Assembly: GCF_004010195.1 (NCBI RefSeq)
Contig: NC_057719.1
Location: 95,696,094 to 95,760,093, forward strand
Source of the DNA: Chiloscyllium plagiosum
Lineage: Eukaryota
Length of the DNA stretch: 64,000 nt
Direction: 5' to 3'
The position numbers and the translations under genes are program-made. The notes under the pieces were generated by a model. The model ran no database searches, was not told the origin of the DNA, and saw nothing but the letters and a program-made list of their open reading frames with translations. Positions 37,979 to 50,169 of this stretch are shown piece after piece; position 1 is the stretch's first letter, and every line of letters begins with the position of its first letter.

Positions 37979-38174
37979 CTTGCCAGAGGATGTGGTGGAG
38001 GCTGGTACAATTGCAACATTTAAGAGGCATTTGGATGGGTATATGAATAGGAAGGGTTTGGAGGGATATGGGCCGGGTGCTGGCAGGTGGGACTAGATTG
38101 GGTTGGGATATCTGGTTGGCATGGACGGGTTGGACTGAAGGGTCTGTTTCCATGCTGTACATCTCTATGACTCT
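37979..38174 (+). mobile_element. HER1/CR1 3' end fragment
   Basis: Near-identical to 15995-16188. Confidence 0.95.
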
Positions 38175-38179
38175 AAATG

Positions 38180-38580
38180 AAGACAGTAGCAACGACAGCA
38201 GGTTAAAAGTGATGTATTCTGCTGCTAGTTATTCATTGCCCAAGTGCTCAAAGCCTGTCCACCATCTGCAAGGCACAAGTCAGGAGTGTGATGGAATAAT
38301 CCCCACTTGCCCTGGATGGGGGCAGCTCCAACAACACAAGAAAGTTGGCAACCAAAGCAGACCACTTGATCAATATTTACACTGAACCACCTGAAACACC
38401 CATGTCCTCCATCAGCTGCACCCCCTGTCAGTTTGTTCAGCAATGACAAGGTGCACTGCAATGAATCACCAAGTTTCCTTTCTTAGTACCTCCCACATTC
38501 ATGATCTCTGCCACCTGGATGAACAAGGTCTGCAGATACAGAGAAACACCAGCATTAGAAAGCTTGCCTTCAAGCTATAC
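38180..38580 (+). mobile_element. Decayed LINE 3' region (partner of the second SINE family)
   Basis: caagtcaggagtgtgatggaat...gcagctccaacaacac matches the minus strand of 58724-58860 (QVRSLIEYS...AAPTTLKKLDTIQDKA). Confidence 0.65.
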
Positions 38581-39089
38581 ATTTCGGGTTGAATTTTACA
38601 GTTCACCACTGAAATACCCAAATGACAGTGAAATATGACAGTGAAACAATGTCATATCACCCAATTTGAATATATTTCTGACTGGAGCTCAGGTCACCCT
38701 GTAATATCAGGCAAATTGTATAATCACTGTTAAATGGACAAAAAGAACTGACACTTAATTTTACAAGTACAAAGAGAGTGGTGTGAAAACCAGAATTGTA
38801 TCCCTGTGTTCATCATCTGAGTAAACTAAACAGTATTTTCATAAAAACAAAGTACTAGATCATTTCTCAAACAGAATTCATAAAACAGGGCCCTTAAGAA
38901 ATAATATCTTTATTCTTGAAGTGTGGCATAATGCTAAGAAGAGTGCTTTTTCGCATATTAATTATAACTGAGAAGTTTATTCGTGCTGTGATCGTCTTTG
39001 ATTATCAGGACCAAGTTTCGATATGAATCAATGCAGTAAAATGTTCAGTTGCACAGACTAGAAAAAAGTCCTAGCTGTAATTTTTTTCA

Positions 39090-39460
39090 ATTCACTGTGT
39101 GACATGGGCGTTGCTGACTGGCCATTGCTTGCTGCCCATCTGTAACTGCCCAGGAACTGACTGGTTTCTCAACCATTTCAGAATTCAGTTAAGAGTCAAT
39201 CACGTTACTGTGGGTATAGAAACTAGACCTGGTGAGGATGGCACATTTCCTTCCCAGAAGAACATTAGTGATCCAAGTAGACTTTTCCCTCACAATCAGT
39301 AATGGTTTCCTCTGAAAATCAGTGGATTTTTAATTCCATTTTTTAAAATTTAGTTTAAATCTTGCCATCTGCCATGATGGGATTTGAACAAAAGCCCCCA
39401 GAATGTTAATCGAGTTTCCAGAGTGATTGTCTAGCGGTAATACTGCACAGTCATCACCTC
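39090..39460 (-). mobile_element. tRNA-derived SINE (second family)
   Basis: Reverse complement of the 23135 / 49822 family (tgccatctgccatgatgggatttgaac). Confidence 0.75.
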
Positions 39461-39929
39461 CTCTACATGAGCAATGTTACAGAGCTACAGCTGATATGCA
39501 GTCACTGTGTTGTATTGTGCTCAGACAGTATCTGCATTGTCTCCAAGCATGACAGGCCTGACTACGGTTAGTATCTACTCTGAAAGAAATTCCCACTGCT
39601 CAGAGGAATTCCTCCCAAGTCAGATTTGTAGAATTGGGAAATTTCCCAAATTTGTGACCCAACTTGGGAGAGAAGATTTACTCCTAAATTTGGTTTGTTT
39701 CAGACCAAGAAATCTTGATGAAGCTGCAGACCATAGAGAGGTTCGCTGATATAAAGTTTAAATTATTTTATCATATCTGAGTACAAGTTTGGATTTACAG
39801 CATATATCTGTTATTGATTAATTTTATTTAGTCTTTCACAGGACATTACCATAGTATGAGTCTACGACCTTCCCTTTAAACAAAGCCTTAACAAACCTTT
39901 TTTTTATATTCAGTATTTGAAATGATGGC

Positions 39930-40430
39930 TTGGCAGTGAGATACATCCTTTAAGCCTGGCACTCCAACCCGAATTCAATTGATAGACACACTGAACTGGG
40001 CCCCGTGTACAAACCACTCAGATACAGAACCGTAAGAGTGTGGTGCTGGAAAAGCATAGCCAGTCAGGCAGCATCTGAGGAGTAGGAGAATCAACATTTC
40101 AAGCAGAAGCTCTTCAGCAGGACTTCTTGATGCTCGAAACGTTGATTCTCCTGCTCCTCAGATGCTGCTGACCGGCTGTGCTTTTCCAGCACCACACCTT
40201 TTGACTCTGATCTCCAACATCTGCAATCCTCACTTTCTCCTACAGAGCTCGGAAGTACCACCGAACAGAGAGATATAAATACCAGGTGGGACAGAGCACC
40301 AACCCCTTACCAAAGATGCACTGATGATGTCACCTAGTGAGGTGAGGAAATGTTTGCAGAAAAACAGACCGGCTCAGCGAACAAATCCACAACTTTATCC
40401 ACAATCCGAACTACAAATCCTTTCAAAGTG
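39930..40430 (+). mobile_element. Old Poseidon-like PLE 3' end interrupted by another PLE
   Basis: Translates AWHSNPNSIDRHTELGPVYKPL, like the 36203 ORF. Degenerate hammerhead tgca-ctgatga-tgtcacc...ggtgag-gaaatgtt-tgca at ~40317-40359. Confidence 0.8.
40035..40241. mobile_element. Palindromic PLE pLTR insertion
   Basis: About 40038-40107 is inverted relative to 40131-40196. Imperfect TSD tacagaaccgtaag / tacagagctcggaag. Confidence 0.85.
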
Positions 40431-41321
40431 ATACACCTTAATATACTTCAACATGAACACAAAGTGTTCTGTATCAAAGACAAACCAAGTTATTATTAGA
40501 TTCCTGGTCTGATTACAGCATAGACAAAGATCTATATGGCCTATTGTATACATGTCGGCTCCCTGTAAGGATAACTCCCCCAGTTGCTCCAACATAGAAT
40601 CACGGAATTTTCCCTGACATACGGAGACATTCCCACCCATAAGGTCTATGCTGGAACCTGAAAGAGCTACCCAGTCAGGCTCATTCTCCAACCCAATCTC
40701 TGTAGCCCTCTAGATTTGTCATTTTCAAACAAAATCCATGTCACTGAAGTTCCTCACTACAGAATCATTCCCATTTCCCCTTTGCTCCTCTACCCCCATT
40801 AGAATTGTACCATTCAGTTCATATTGCTCCATCTCACACTCACTTCCCTGTGTTAGATTTCAGCAACTTGGAATCTGTCAGTATCCTATTCACAGTCCAC
40901 AAAACGTCAATATTTCATGTTATCCAAAACAATTTAAACTGTGTCTGATATATTACAAGTTTAGGTTATTATTATGTAAGGAACTGAACACTAACCCCAG
41001 GGAATTCCTTTGTACATCTTACTCCAATATGAAAAAGCAGTTATTCCGTCAACTCGATTTCCCGCTAATTAACTCACTTCTATCCATTATCACTTTAATT
41101 CCATCAGTTCTAACTTTGCTCTCATGCCTGTTGTGTGACAGCTTATAACATACTCTTTATAAACCAATTAGCATCACACAGCATATTACCCTCAGTCCTC
41201 TCTGCTGCCTTAGCAAAAACATTGGTTAGTTCAACATGATTTCCCCCGAAATCCCTTATTAAAGCTGGGCTTTTTTAACATCATTTTTTTAACTAAAAGT
41301 GGAACATGTACAATTTTCCAG

Positions 41322-41915
41322 TCAGAGAGTCATACAGCACAGAAACAAACCTTTCAGACCAGCTTTGCCATGCCAACCTAACCAGCCCAATGTGTCCTAG
41401 TCCCACCTGTCAGTACCCAGTCCATATCCCTATAAACCCTTCATATTCATATACCCATCCAGATAACTTTTAAATGTTGTAATTGTACCAGCCTCCACCA
41501 CTTCCTCTGGCAGCTCATTCCACACATGCACCACCCTCTGTGTGAAAATGTTATCCCTCAAGTCCTTTTTAAATCTTTCCCCACTCACATTAAACCAATG
41601 CCCTCTTGTTTTGGACTCCCTCGCCCTGGGAAAAAGACCCTGGCTATTCACCCTATTGATGCCCTTAATGATTTTATAAACCTCTATAAGGTCACCCCCT
41701 CAGCCTCTGATGCTCCAGGGAAAATAGCCCCAGTCTGTTCAGCCTCTCCCTGTAGCTCAAATCCCCTAACCCTGGCAACATCCTGAATAAATCGTTTCTG
41801 CGCCCTCAGAAGTTTAACAACATCCTTCCCAGAGAAGCAGGACGAGAATTAACACGCATTCTAAAAGGGCCCTCACCAATGTCCTGTACAGCTGGAATAG
41901 GACCTCCCAACTCCA
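41322..41915 (-). mobile_element. CR1 LINE 3' fragment
   Basis: Minus ORF KTRGHWFNV...QRVVHVWNELPEEVV. Confidence 0.92.
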
Positions 41916-42434
41916 ATGAAGACATCGGTCCTCTGATGACACCCCTATAACTAAGGAGGCTTAGTAAATAATAGCCAATGTGTCTAAAGGGGAACCCCAG
42001 TGTCCCTGAATGCCTCTGATCTGGCTCCAGAATACATGAAACTGTAAGTGTAGACACCTTTTCTAAACCCTGTTCTTTCACAACATTTAGATCATCAATC
42101 TGAGACCCTCCCCACCTTTCACCATCTGTTTCCTTGGTGAAGGTAGATGCAATGGGCTTATGTATTATCTCAGCCCCCACTCTTCTCTTACTCACTTGTG
42201 GGATGTGGGTATCGCTGGCTGGATCCAACATTTATTGTCTGTCCCTTGAGAAAGTGGGGTGAGCTGCCTTCTTGAACTTCTGCACTCCATGTATAAATAA
42301 CATTGTAAGTCCTAATCAACCCTATTTAACCTTTTACCATAGCTTTATTAATGTTATGACTATATAGAACCTGTGGATTCCTGTTTATGTTATCGGTCAA
42401 CCCTTCTCATTCTTTTCCTTTGTTACATCTACAC

Positions 42435-45221
42435 TCTCTTAATAGATTGCACCTGAATTGGAAGGGGACTAATATACCAGCAGGGAGAATTGCCAGAGCT
42501 GCTCAGGAGGATTTAAACCATTTGGTAGAGGGCGGGGATCAGGGAGATAGTGAGGAAAGAGATCAATGAGACTGGTACAGTTGAGAAAAGAAGCAGGTCA
42601 AACAGGGCAGGCAGGAACAAAGCAGAGCGTAAGGTAGGACTAATAAATTAAACTGCATTTATTTCAATGCAAGGGGCCTAACTGGGAAGGCAGATGAACT
42701 CAGGGCATGTTTAGGAACATGGGACTGGGATATCATAGCAATTACAGAAACATGGCTCAGGGATGGGCAGGACTGGCAGTTTAATGTTCCAGGTGACAAA
42801 TGCTACAGGAAGGATAGAAAGGGAGGCAAGAGAGGAGGGGGAGTGGTATTTTTGATAAGGGATAGCATTACAGCTGTGCTGAGGGAGGGTATTCCCGGGA
42901 ATACATCCAGGGAAGCTATTTGGGTGGAATTGAGAAATAAGAAAGAGATGATAACCTGATTGGGATTGTATTATAGACCCCCCAACAGTCAGCAGAAAAT
43001 TGAGAAACAAATTTGTCTGGAGATTTCAGCTACCTATAAGAATAACAGGGTGGTTATGGTAGGGGATTTTAACTTTCCAAACATAGACTGGGACTGCCAT
43101 AGTGTTAAGGGTTTAGATGGAGAGGAATTTGTTAAGTGTGTACAAGAAAATTTTCTGATTCATTATGTGGATGTACCTAATAGAGAATGTGCAAAACTTG
43201 ACCTACTCTTGGGAAATAAGGCAGGGCAGGTGACTGAGGTGTCAGTGGGGGAGCACTTTGGGGCCAGTGACCATAATTCTATTAGTTTTAAAATAGTGAT
43301 GGAAAAGAGGAGACCAGATCTAAAAGTTGAAGTTCTAAATTGGAGGAAGGCTAATTTTGACGGTATTAGGCAAGAACTTTCAAAAGCTGATTGGGGCAGA
43401 TGTTCGCAGGTAAAGGCTGGAAAATGGGAAGCCTTCAGAAATGAGATAACAAGAATCCAGAGAAAGTATATTCCTATCAGGGTGAAAGGAAAGGCTGGTA
43501 GGTATAGGGAATGCTGGATGACTAAAGAAATTGAGGGTTTGGTTACGAAAAAGGAAGCATATGTCAGGTATAGACAGGATAGATCGAGTGAATCTTTGGA
43601 AGAGTATAAAGGAAGAACTTAAGAGGGAAATCAGGAGGGCAAAAAGGGGAAAGAGATATCTTTGGCAAATAGGACTAAGGAGAACCCAGAGAGTTTTTAC
43701 AAATACATTAAGGACACAAGAGTAACTAGGGAGAGAATAGGGCCCCTCAAAGATCAGCAAGGCGACCTTTGTGTGGAGCCGCAGGAGATGAGAGAAATAC
43801 TAAACAAGTATTTTGTATCAGTATTTACTGTGGAGAAGGACATGGAAGATATAGACTGTAGGGAAATAGAGGGTGACATCTTGAAAAATGTCCATATTAC
43901 AGAAGAGGAAGTGCTGTATGGTTTGAAACCCATAAAGGTGTATAAATCCCCAGGTCCAGATCAGGTGTACCCTAGAACTCTAGGGAAGCTAGGGAAGTGA
44001 TTGCTGGGCCCCTTGTTGAGATACTTGTATCATCGATAGTCACATGTGAGGTGTCGGAAGACTGGAGGTTGGCTAACGTGGTACTATTATTTAAGAAAGA
44101 TGGTAAGGATAAGCCAGGGAACTATAGACAGGTGAGCCTGACATTGGTGGTGGGCAAGTTGTTGGAGAGAATCCTGAGAGGCAGGATTTACACGTATTTG
44201 AAAAGGCAAGGACTGATTAGGGATAATCAACATGGCTTTGTGCTTAGGAAATCATGTCTTTGAAGAAGTAATAAAGAGGATTGATGAGGGCAGAGCAGTG
44301 AAAGTGATCTATACGGACTTCAGTAAGGCATTCAACAATGTTCCCCATGGAAGACTGTTTAGCAAGGTTAGATCTCATGGAATACAGGGAGAACTAGCCA
44401 TTTGGATACAGAACCAGCTCAAAGGTAGAAGACAAAGGGTGGTGGAGGAGGGCTTTTTCAGACTGGCGGCCTGTGACCAGTGGATTGCCACAAGGATTGG
44501 TGCTGGGTCCACTACTCTTCGTCATTTATATAAATGATTTGGCTATGAACATAGGAGGTACAGTTAGTAAGTTTGCAGATGACATCAAAATTGGAGGTGT
44601 AGTGGATAGCGAAGAAGGTTACCTCAGATTACAACGGGATCTTGACCAGATGGGCCAATGGGCTGAGAAGTGGCAGATGGAGTTTAATTTAGATAAATGT
44701 GAGGTGTTGCATTTTGGGAAAGCAAATCTTAGCAGGACTTATACACTTAATGGTAAGATCCAAGGGAGTGTTGCTGAACAAAGAGACCTTGGAGTGCAGG
44801 TTCATAGCTCCTTGAAAGTGGAGTCGCAGCTGGATAAGGCCCTTATTGAGGTTATAAAATCATGAGGGGCATGGATAGGATAAATAGACAAGATCTTTTC
44901 CCTGGGGTGGGGGAGTCCCGAACTAGAGGGCATAGGTTAAGGGTGAGAGGGGAAAGATATAAAATGGACCTCCAGGGCAACTTTTTCACGCAGAGGGTGT
45001 TACATGTATGGAATGAGCTGTCAGAGGAAGTGATGGAGGCTAGTACAATTGCAACATTTAAAAGGCATCTGGATGGGTTTATGAATAGGAAGTGTTTATA
45101 GGGATATAGGCCAAGTGCTGACAAATGGAACTAGATTGGGTTGGGATATCTGGTCAGCATGGATGAGTTGGACCAAAGACTCTGTTTGAGTGCTGTATGT
45201 CTCTATGACTCTATGACTCTG
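42435..45221 (+). mobile_element. Long CR1/HER1 LINE: ORF1 C-terminus, APE endonuclease, RT and 3' tail; frameshifted, internal deletion at ~44840
   Basis: RLHLNWKGTNI (ORF1 end), CIYFNARG, ITETW, YYRPP, MVGDFN, LDLLL, SDHN, KSPGPD, FADD; tail tctatgactctatgactct. Confidence 0.95.
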
Positions 45222-45260
45222 TCCAGCCTGCAATTTGTGGCTGGTTAAAATGGATAGACA

Positions 45261-45350
45261 GCTCCTCGGATGCTGCCTGAACTGCTATGCTCTTCCAGCA
45301 CCACTAATCCAGAATCTGATTTCCAGCATCTGCAGTCATTGTTTTTACCT
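45261..45350 (+). mobile_element. PLE pLTR 3' fragment
   Basis: Matches 62125-62214. Confidence 0.85.
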
Positions 45351-47360
45351 AGCATTAGAATCAGACTGCCAGTAGGGGGCTGTCAAACTCACCAGTTAAG
45401 ACCGAGTGTCAAAAGTTACTGAAATGATCAAATCAGCGTAGTAATTAGATCCTTACAAAGCTCATTCTCGTTTTCCACATTTATGAATTCTTTACTATTG
45501 TAAGTACTTCAGACATATTCAATACAAAATTCTTATTTACTTCACATACATTGTGTATTCTTCACCTGAAGCACTGTGGGCTCAGAGGCAAGGACAAACC
45601 CAACTACACATAGAGGATTTTCTTAAAGTACAAAACCAATATTCCTTTCAATGTAGTACTTGACAAAAGTGACGTACTTTCATCAATTTTCCAAAGTTTC
45701 TGTAAACCTTCAAAGTAATATTTACATGAGGAAACGCCAAGAGGCTTCTGTGCCTTAGTAATTGACGTCTATGTTTGTAATGGATCTTAAACAAAAACCC
45801 AAAATTCACAACACATAATCAAAAAGGTCTGAAAGCGGAGGCTAGAAATCATCGACCATTGGAACATGTGATCGTAGAACTTAGCAGTGTAGGACATGTG
45901 AACTCAGTGAAATGGTGTAGTGAGCAACTAAGTCAATTTATCCAGAAGATCCCACTTTGAGCTCTGTTTTTTTCAGCATAGTTCAGTGCAGGGGCATTAT
46001 CATTTAGAACAATTCTGGTTGGAAAAGGGAAATCCAATTTTTCATACTGAATACATTTGCTGAAACATATTAAATAAAATTTGGTCAATATTCTAAAGAT
46101 CACTGTCAAGGTTCAAGAATGAATAACGGTAATGTGGCTGCTCTCCAGGTAGAAGCCAGTAGAATCCTACCTGTGGAACAGGAGGGGATAGGGATAGTGG
46201 TGAATAACTGAATGAACTTCAATGTTTCATGGGAACAAGAAATTAATATCAATATAATAACAAAACTGAAAATATATGTCACATACACATCAACTTGAAG
46301 AGTCTCTTAATCTTGATCAATGTCATCTTAAATATCATTTCTCCAGAAACATTAGTCAGAACTGCTGCTCATGGTCATCCACCATTATATGTAGAATCAT
46401 ATTTTAAATGATAAAGTTCCATATCGATTTTATCAGAAGTTAGTTCTACCTTTTAAACGCTGGAGTCTTGCGAATAGATAATAATCACAAAAGTTGTTCT
46501 TGGCACCAAACCATATCACCCACAAGTTAAATATCAAAAGGAACCATCAACTTCCAAATGTATTAAATATATTCTGGTAAAAATGAGGCAATGTTGGATG
46601 CATGACGATAGAAATCTGTCTTGGAAATAGCACAATACAAGCAACAATAAATTGCTCTTCTGTTTTCTTCTCTGCTTTCCCAATATGCACCTAAGACAAA
46701 CCTCGATCCCATTGAGTTTCTGGATTATTAGGAAATTAAGAGTTTACAATTCACTCCACATTTGCATTAAATAAAAGCTCACTAATCCATGAAACACGTT
46801 GGCTAAGTTACAATGAAAGATTCTATTTTCTAACTAGTTCCAGTGATAATTATTAATTGATACAATAACTAATAGCAGTGATTTAAAAGTGGATTTGTCA
46901 CATCAGCATCAAGCAGCGTTTGACAGAGACCAAGCTGGCCAAACCAGAGCATATGCAGCTGTGGGAATGTTCTGTTCCAATTACTGATGTAACTGTGTGA
47001 AACACAAAGCCTGACACCTCAATTTGTGAATGAAATTTTGGAGCAGAGCAGCAGTACAAACACTGAATGAAAAAATATCTTTATGTCTCTTGAATTCACT
47101 GCATTCAATGCACCTTGCGATAAATATTCTGTAAGTACGTGAGATATTGAGAAGTATAATGTGAGCAACAGCAACACAACAAAATAAACTGCAATAAACA
47201 TACAGCCTTTGTCCCCAGCAATTTTCAGCCAGATCTTAAACATATACATCACATAAACCTAACCCTTTTAACATTATCTTATTTCACTCCTTCACAGTAA
47301 TGCTCACACCATAAGACCATCAGATATAAGAACAGAATTAGGCCATTTGGCCCATTGAGT

Positions 47361-47586
47361 CTCCTCCCCCACTCACCTATTGTACCCTATGCTACTTTCT
47401 CCCAACCCCACCCTCCTCTCACTTATCTCTCTACGCTTCAGGCTCTCTGCCTTTATTCCTGATGAAGGGCTTTTGCCCGAAAAAAAAGCTTTTATTCCTG
47501 ATGAAGGGCTTTTGCCCGAAACGTCGATTTTGCTGCTCGTCGGATGCTGCCTGAATTGCTGTGCTCTTCCAGTACCACTGATCCAG
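47361..47586 (+). mobile_element. PLE pLTR insertion with duplicated hammerhead core
   Basis: 19-bp TSD catttggcccattgagtct (47344-47362 / 47587-47605). tttattcctgatgaagggcttttgcccgaaa occurs twice, 39 bp apart. Confidence 0.92.
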
Positions 47587-48235
47587 CATTTGGCCCATTG
47601 AGTCTGCTCACCACTTGATCAGGGCTGATATGTTCCTCAGCCCTATTGTCCCGTCTTTTCCCTGTAATCTCCTTTACCAGTCAAGAACCTATCTATTGAT
47701 GTCTTCAAAATATTCAATGATTTGGCCTCCACAACCTTCTGTGGCAATGAGTTCTACAGATTCCCCACCCTCTGGCTGAAGAAATTCCTTGTCATCTCGG
47801 TTCTAAAGGGTCATCCCTTCACTCTGAGCCCATGCCCTCAGGTCTTAGTCTCTCCTACTAGTGGAAATATCTTCTCCACATCCACTCTATCCAGGCTGCC
47901 AGTATTCTGTAAGTTTCAATGAGATTACCCGCATCCTTTGAAACTCGAGTACAGACCCAGAGTCCTCAACTGCTCCTCAAAGACAAGCCCTTTATCCTCG
48001 GGATCATTCTTGTAAACCTCGTGTGGACTCTCTCCAGAGCCAGCACGTCCTTCTTGAGATATGGGACCAGAAACTGCTTGCAATATTCTGAAGACTTTCC
48101 CTATTTAGAAAACAGTCTACACTCCTATTCTTCCTATCGAAGTGCACATTTCTATATTGTATTCCATCTGCTACTTTGCCCACTCCTCCGTCCTGTCTGA
48201 GCCCTTCTGCAGCCTCCCTGCTTCCTCAACATTAT

Positions 48236-48326
48236 TGTTCCCTGGATGCTGCCTGACCTGCTGTGTTGTTCCAGCAATAAAGTTTCAACTTTGATCTCCA
48301 GCATCTGCAGACCTCACTTTCTCCTC
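48236..48326 (+). mobile_element. PLE pLTR 3' fragment at a deletion in the CR1
   Basis: Nearly identical to 26599-26652, extended to ...ctcactttctcct. Confidence 0.85.
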
Positions 48327-49821
48327 GGAGCTCCACCAGTCACCAGCTGTCATCCTGAAAAAGACCCCTCTATCCCTACCCTCTGCCTTCAGCTACTCAG
48401 CCATTCCTCTATCTATGCCAGTACCTTGCCCCTAACTCCATGGGCTCTTACCTTATTTAACAGCCTCCTGTGCAGCACCTTGTCAAAGGCTTTCTGGAAA
48501 TCCAAATCAATCACGCCCACTGGCTCTCCTTTGTCTAAGTCACTTATTACCTCCTCAAAGAATTCAAACAGATCTGTCAGACACAATCTCCCTTTGACAA
48601 AGCCATGCTGACTCTGCCCTATTTTATCACTCACTTCCTCATGCTCCACAATCTCATCCTTAATAATGCACTGTAAAATCTTACAAATGACCAAGGTCAG
48701 GCTAACCAGCCTTTAATTTCCTGACTTTTTCTTCCCTGCCCTCTTAAGCAGGGGTATTACATTAGCTATTTTCCAATTCTCTGGGACCGTCTCTGACTCC
48801 AGTGATTCCTGAAACATCACCACTAGTGTCTCTACAATCTCTTCAGCTATCTCTTTCAGAACTCTGGGATGTAGTCCATCTGATTCACGTGATTTGTTCC
48901 CCTCCAGACCCTTCAGCTTCCCCATTTTCCCCATTCAACTTCCGATTCTTGCTTTTTTAGTTATCTTCTCTGATCTTTAAAGGCTTTGCAATACTCTGGC
49001 TGTCCACTAATCTTCACCACATTGTATGCCTTTTCTTTTGCTTTTATGCTGTCCCTGACTTCCCTTGTCAGCCACGGTTGCCTCAATCTCCCTTAGTATA
49101 TTTCTTCTTCCTCAGAAATTACTGAACCTGAATTACCCCCAGGAATTCCTGCCCTTGCTGCTCCACCACCTCCCTGCTTGGCTCCCCTTCCAATTAACTC
49201 TAGTCAGCTCCTCCCTCATGTCTTTGTAGTTATAATTGAGTAAAGGTAATACTGTTGCACGTGGTTCCAGCGTCTCGCCCTCAAACTGCAGGTGAAGCCT
49301 ATTCTCCTCCTTACAGCCCTCATTCACGTCTCCACAGGGAGTAAGATTCTGTTAGACAAGTTCAAGGGCTGAGATTTCTGCAGGACTACTCCTGGATACC
49401 TCCACTTGCCTCTCTCATAGTCACACCCTCCTGTCCCTGACCTCTGACTGAAATTGAGGTTGATAATGTAAGGGGTGTAACTGCCTCCTGAAACACAGCA
49501 TCCAGGTAACACTCCCCCTCCTTGATATGTTTGAAGCTCAGACTCCAGCTCATCGACTCTGAGCCAGAGTTCCTCGGGTAACCAACACGTGCTGCAGATG
49601 TGATTGCGATGAATCATTACCACATGAAAGATTTTTTTTATGTGAGGATTGTTGACCATGTGTAACTGCCCTCAAGAAGGTCCTAGTCAGCTAGCTTTTT
49701 AAACCACTGCAGTTTTTATAGTGAAATTACACTCTGTTGTTGGACCAAGAGTTCCAGGACTTTGACCCAGTGACAATGAAGGAATCACCAGAGCTTGTGA
49801 TAATAAATGACTGAAAGGGAT

Positions 49822-50162
49822 ATGATGCTCTAGTGGTAATATCACTATACTATTAATCCAGAGACCCAGCTAATGTTCTCGGGACATGTGTTCAAATCCT
49901 GCCACAACAGATGGCAAAATTTGAATTTGATAATAATCTGAAATTAAAAGTCTAATGATGACCATGAATCCATTGCTGACTATCAGGAAAACCCATCTGA
50001 TTCACTCATGTCTTTAAGGAAGGAAATCTGCAATCTTTACCTGGTCAGGCCAACGTGCAATTCCAGACCCACAGCAATGTGGGTGACTCGACTACCCTCT
50101 GGGCAACTTGGGATGGGCAATAAATGCTGGCCTAGCCAGTGACACCCACATCCTGCGATTTT
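49822..50162 (+). mobile_element. tRNA-derived SINE (second family)
   Basis: ctagtggta...gttcaaatcc head; tail gggatgggcaataaatgctggcctagccagtgacacccacatcc. Confidence 0.88.
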
Positions 50163-50169
50163 AAAATAA

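Larger units (their letters stand above)
47308..49612 (-). mobile_element. CR1 LINE, heavily deleted (ORF2 pieces plus ORF1 N-terminal remnant)
   Basis: QHGFVKGRLCLT and DFQKAFDKV motifs; the 49324 ORF has HICSTCW..LRVDELESEL. Tail (TCTTATGG)-like at ~47308-47330. Confidence 0.9.

Noticed and set aside
42960..44865. Functional protein-coding gene or intact LINE ORF2
   Set aside because: It is split by multiple frameshifts and stops and has an internal deletion at ~44840.
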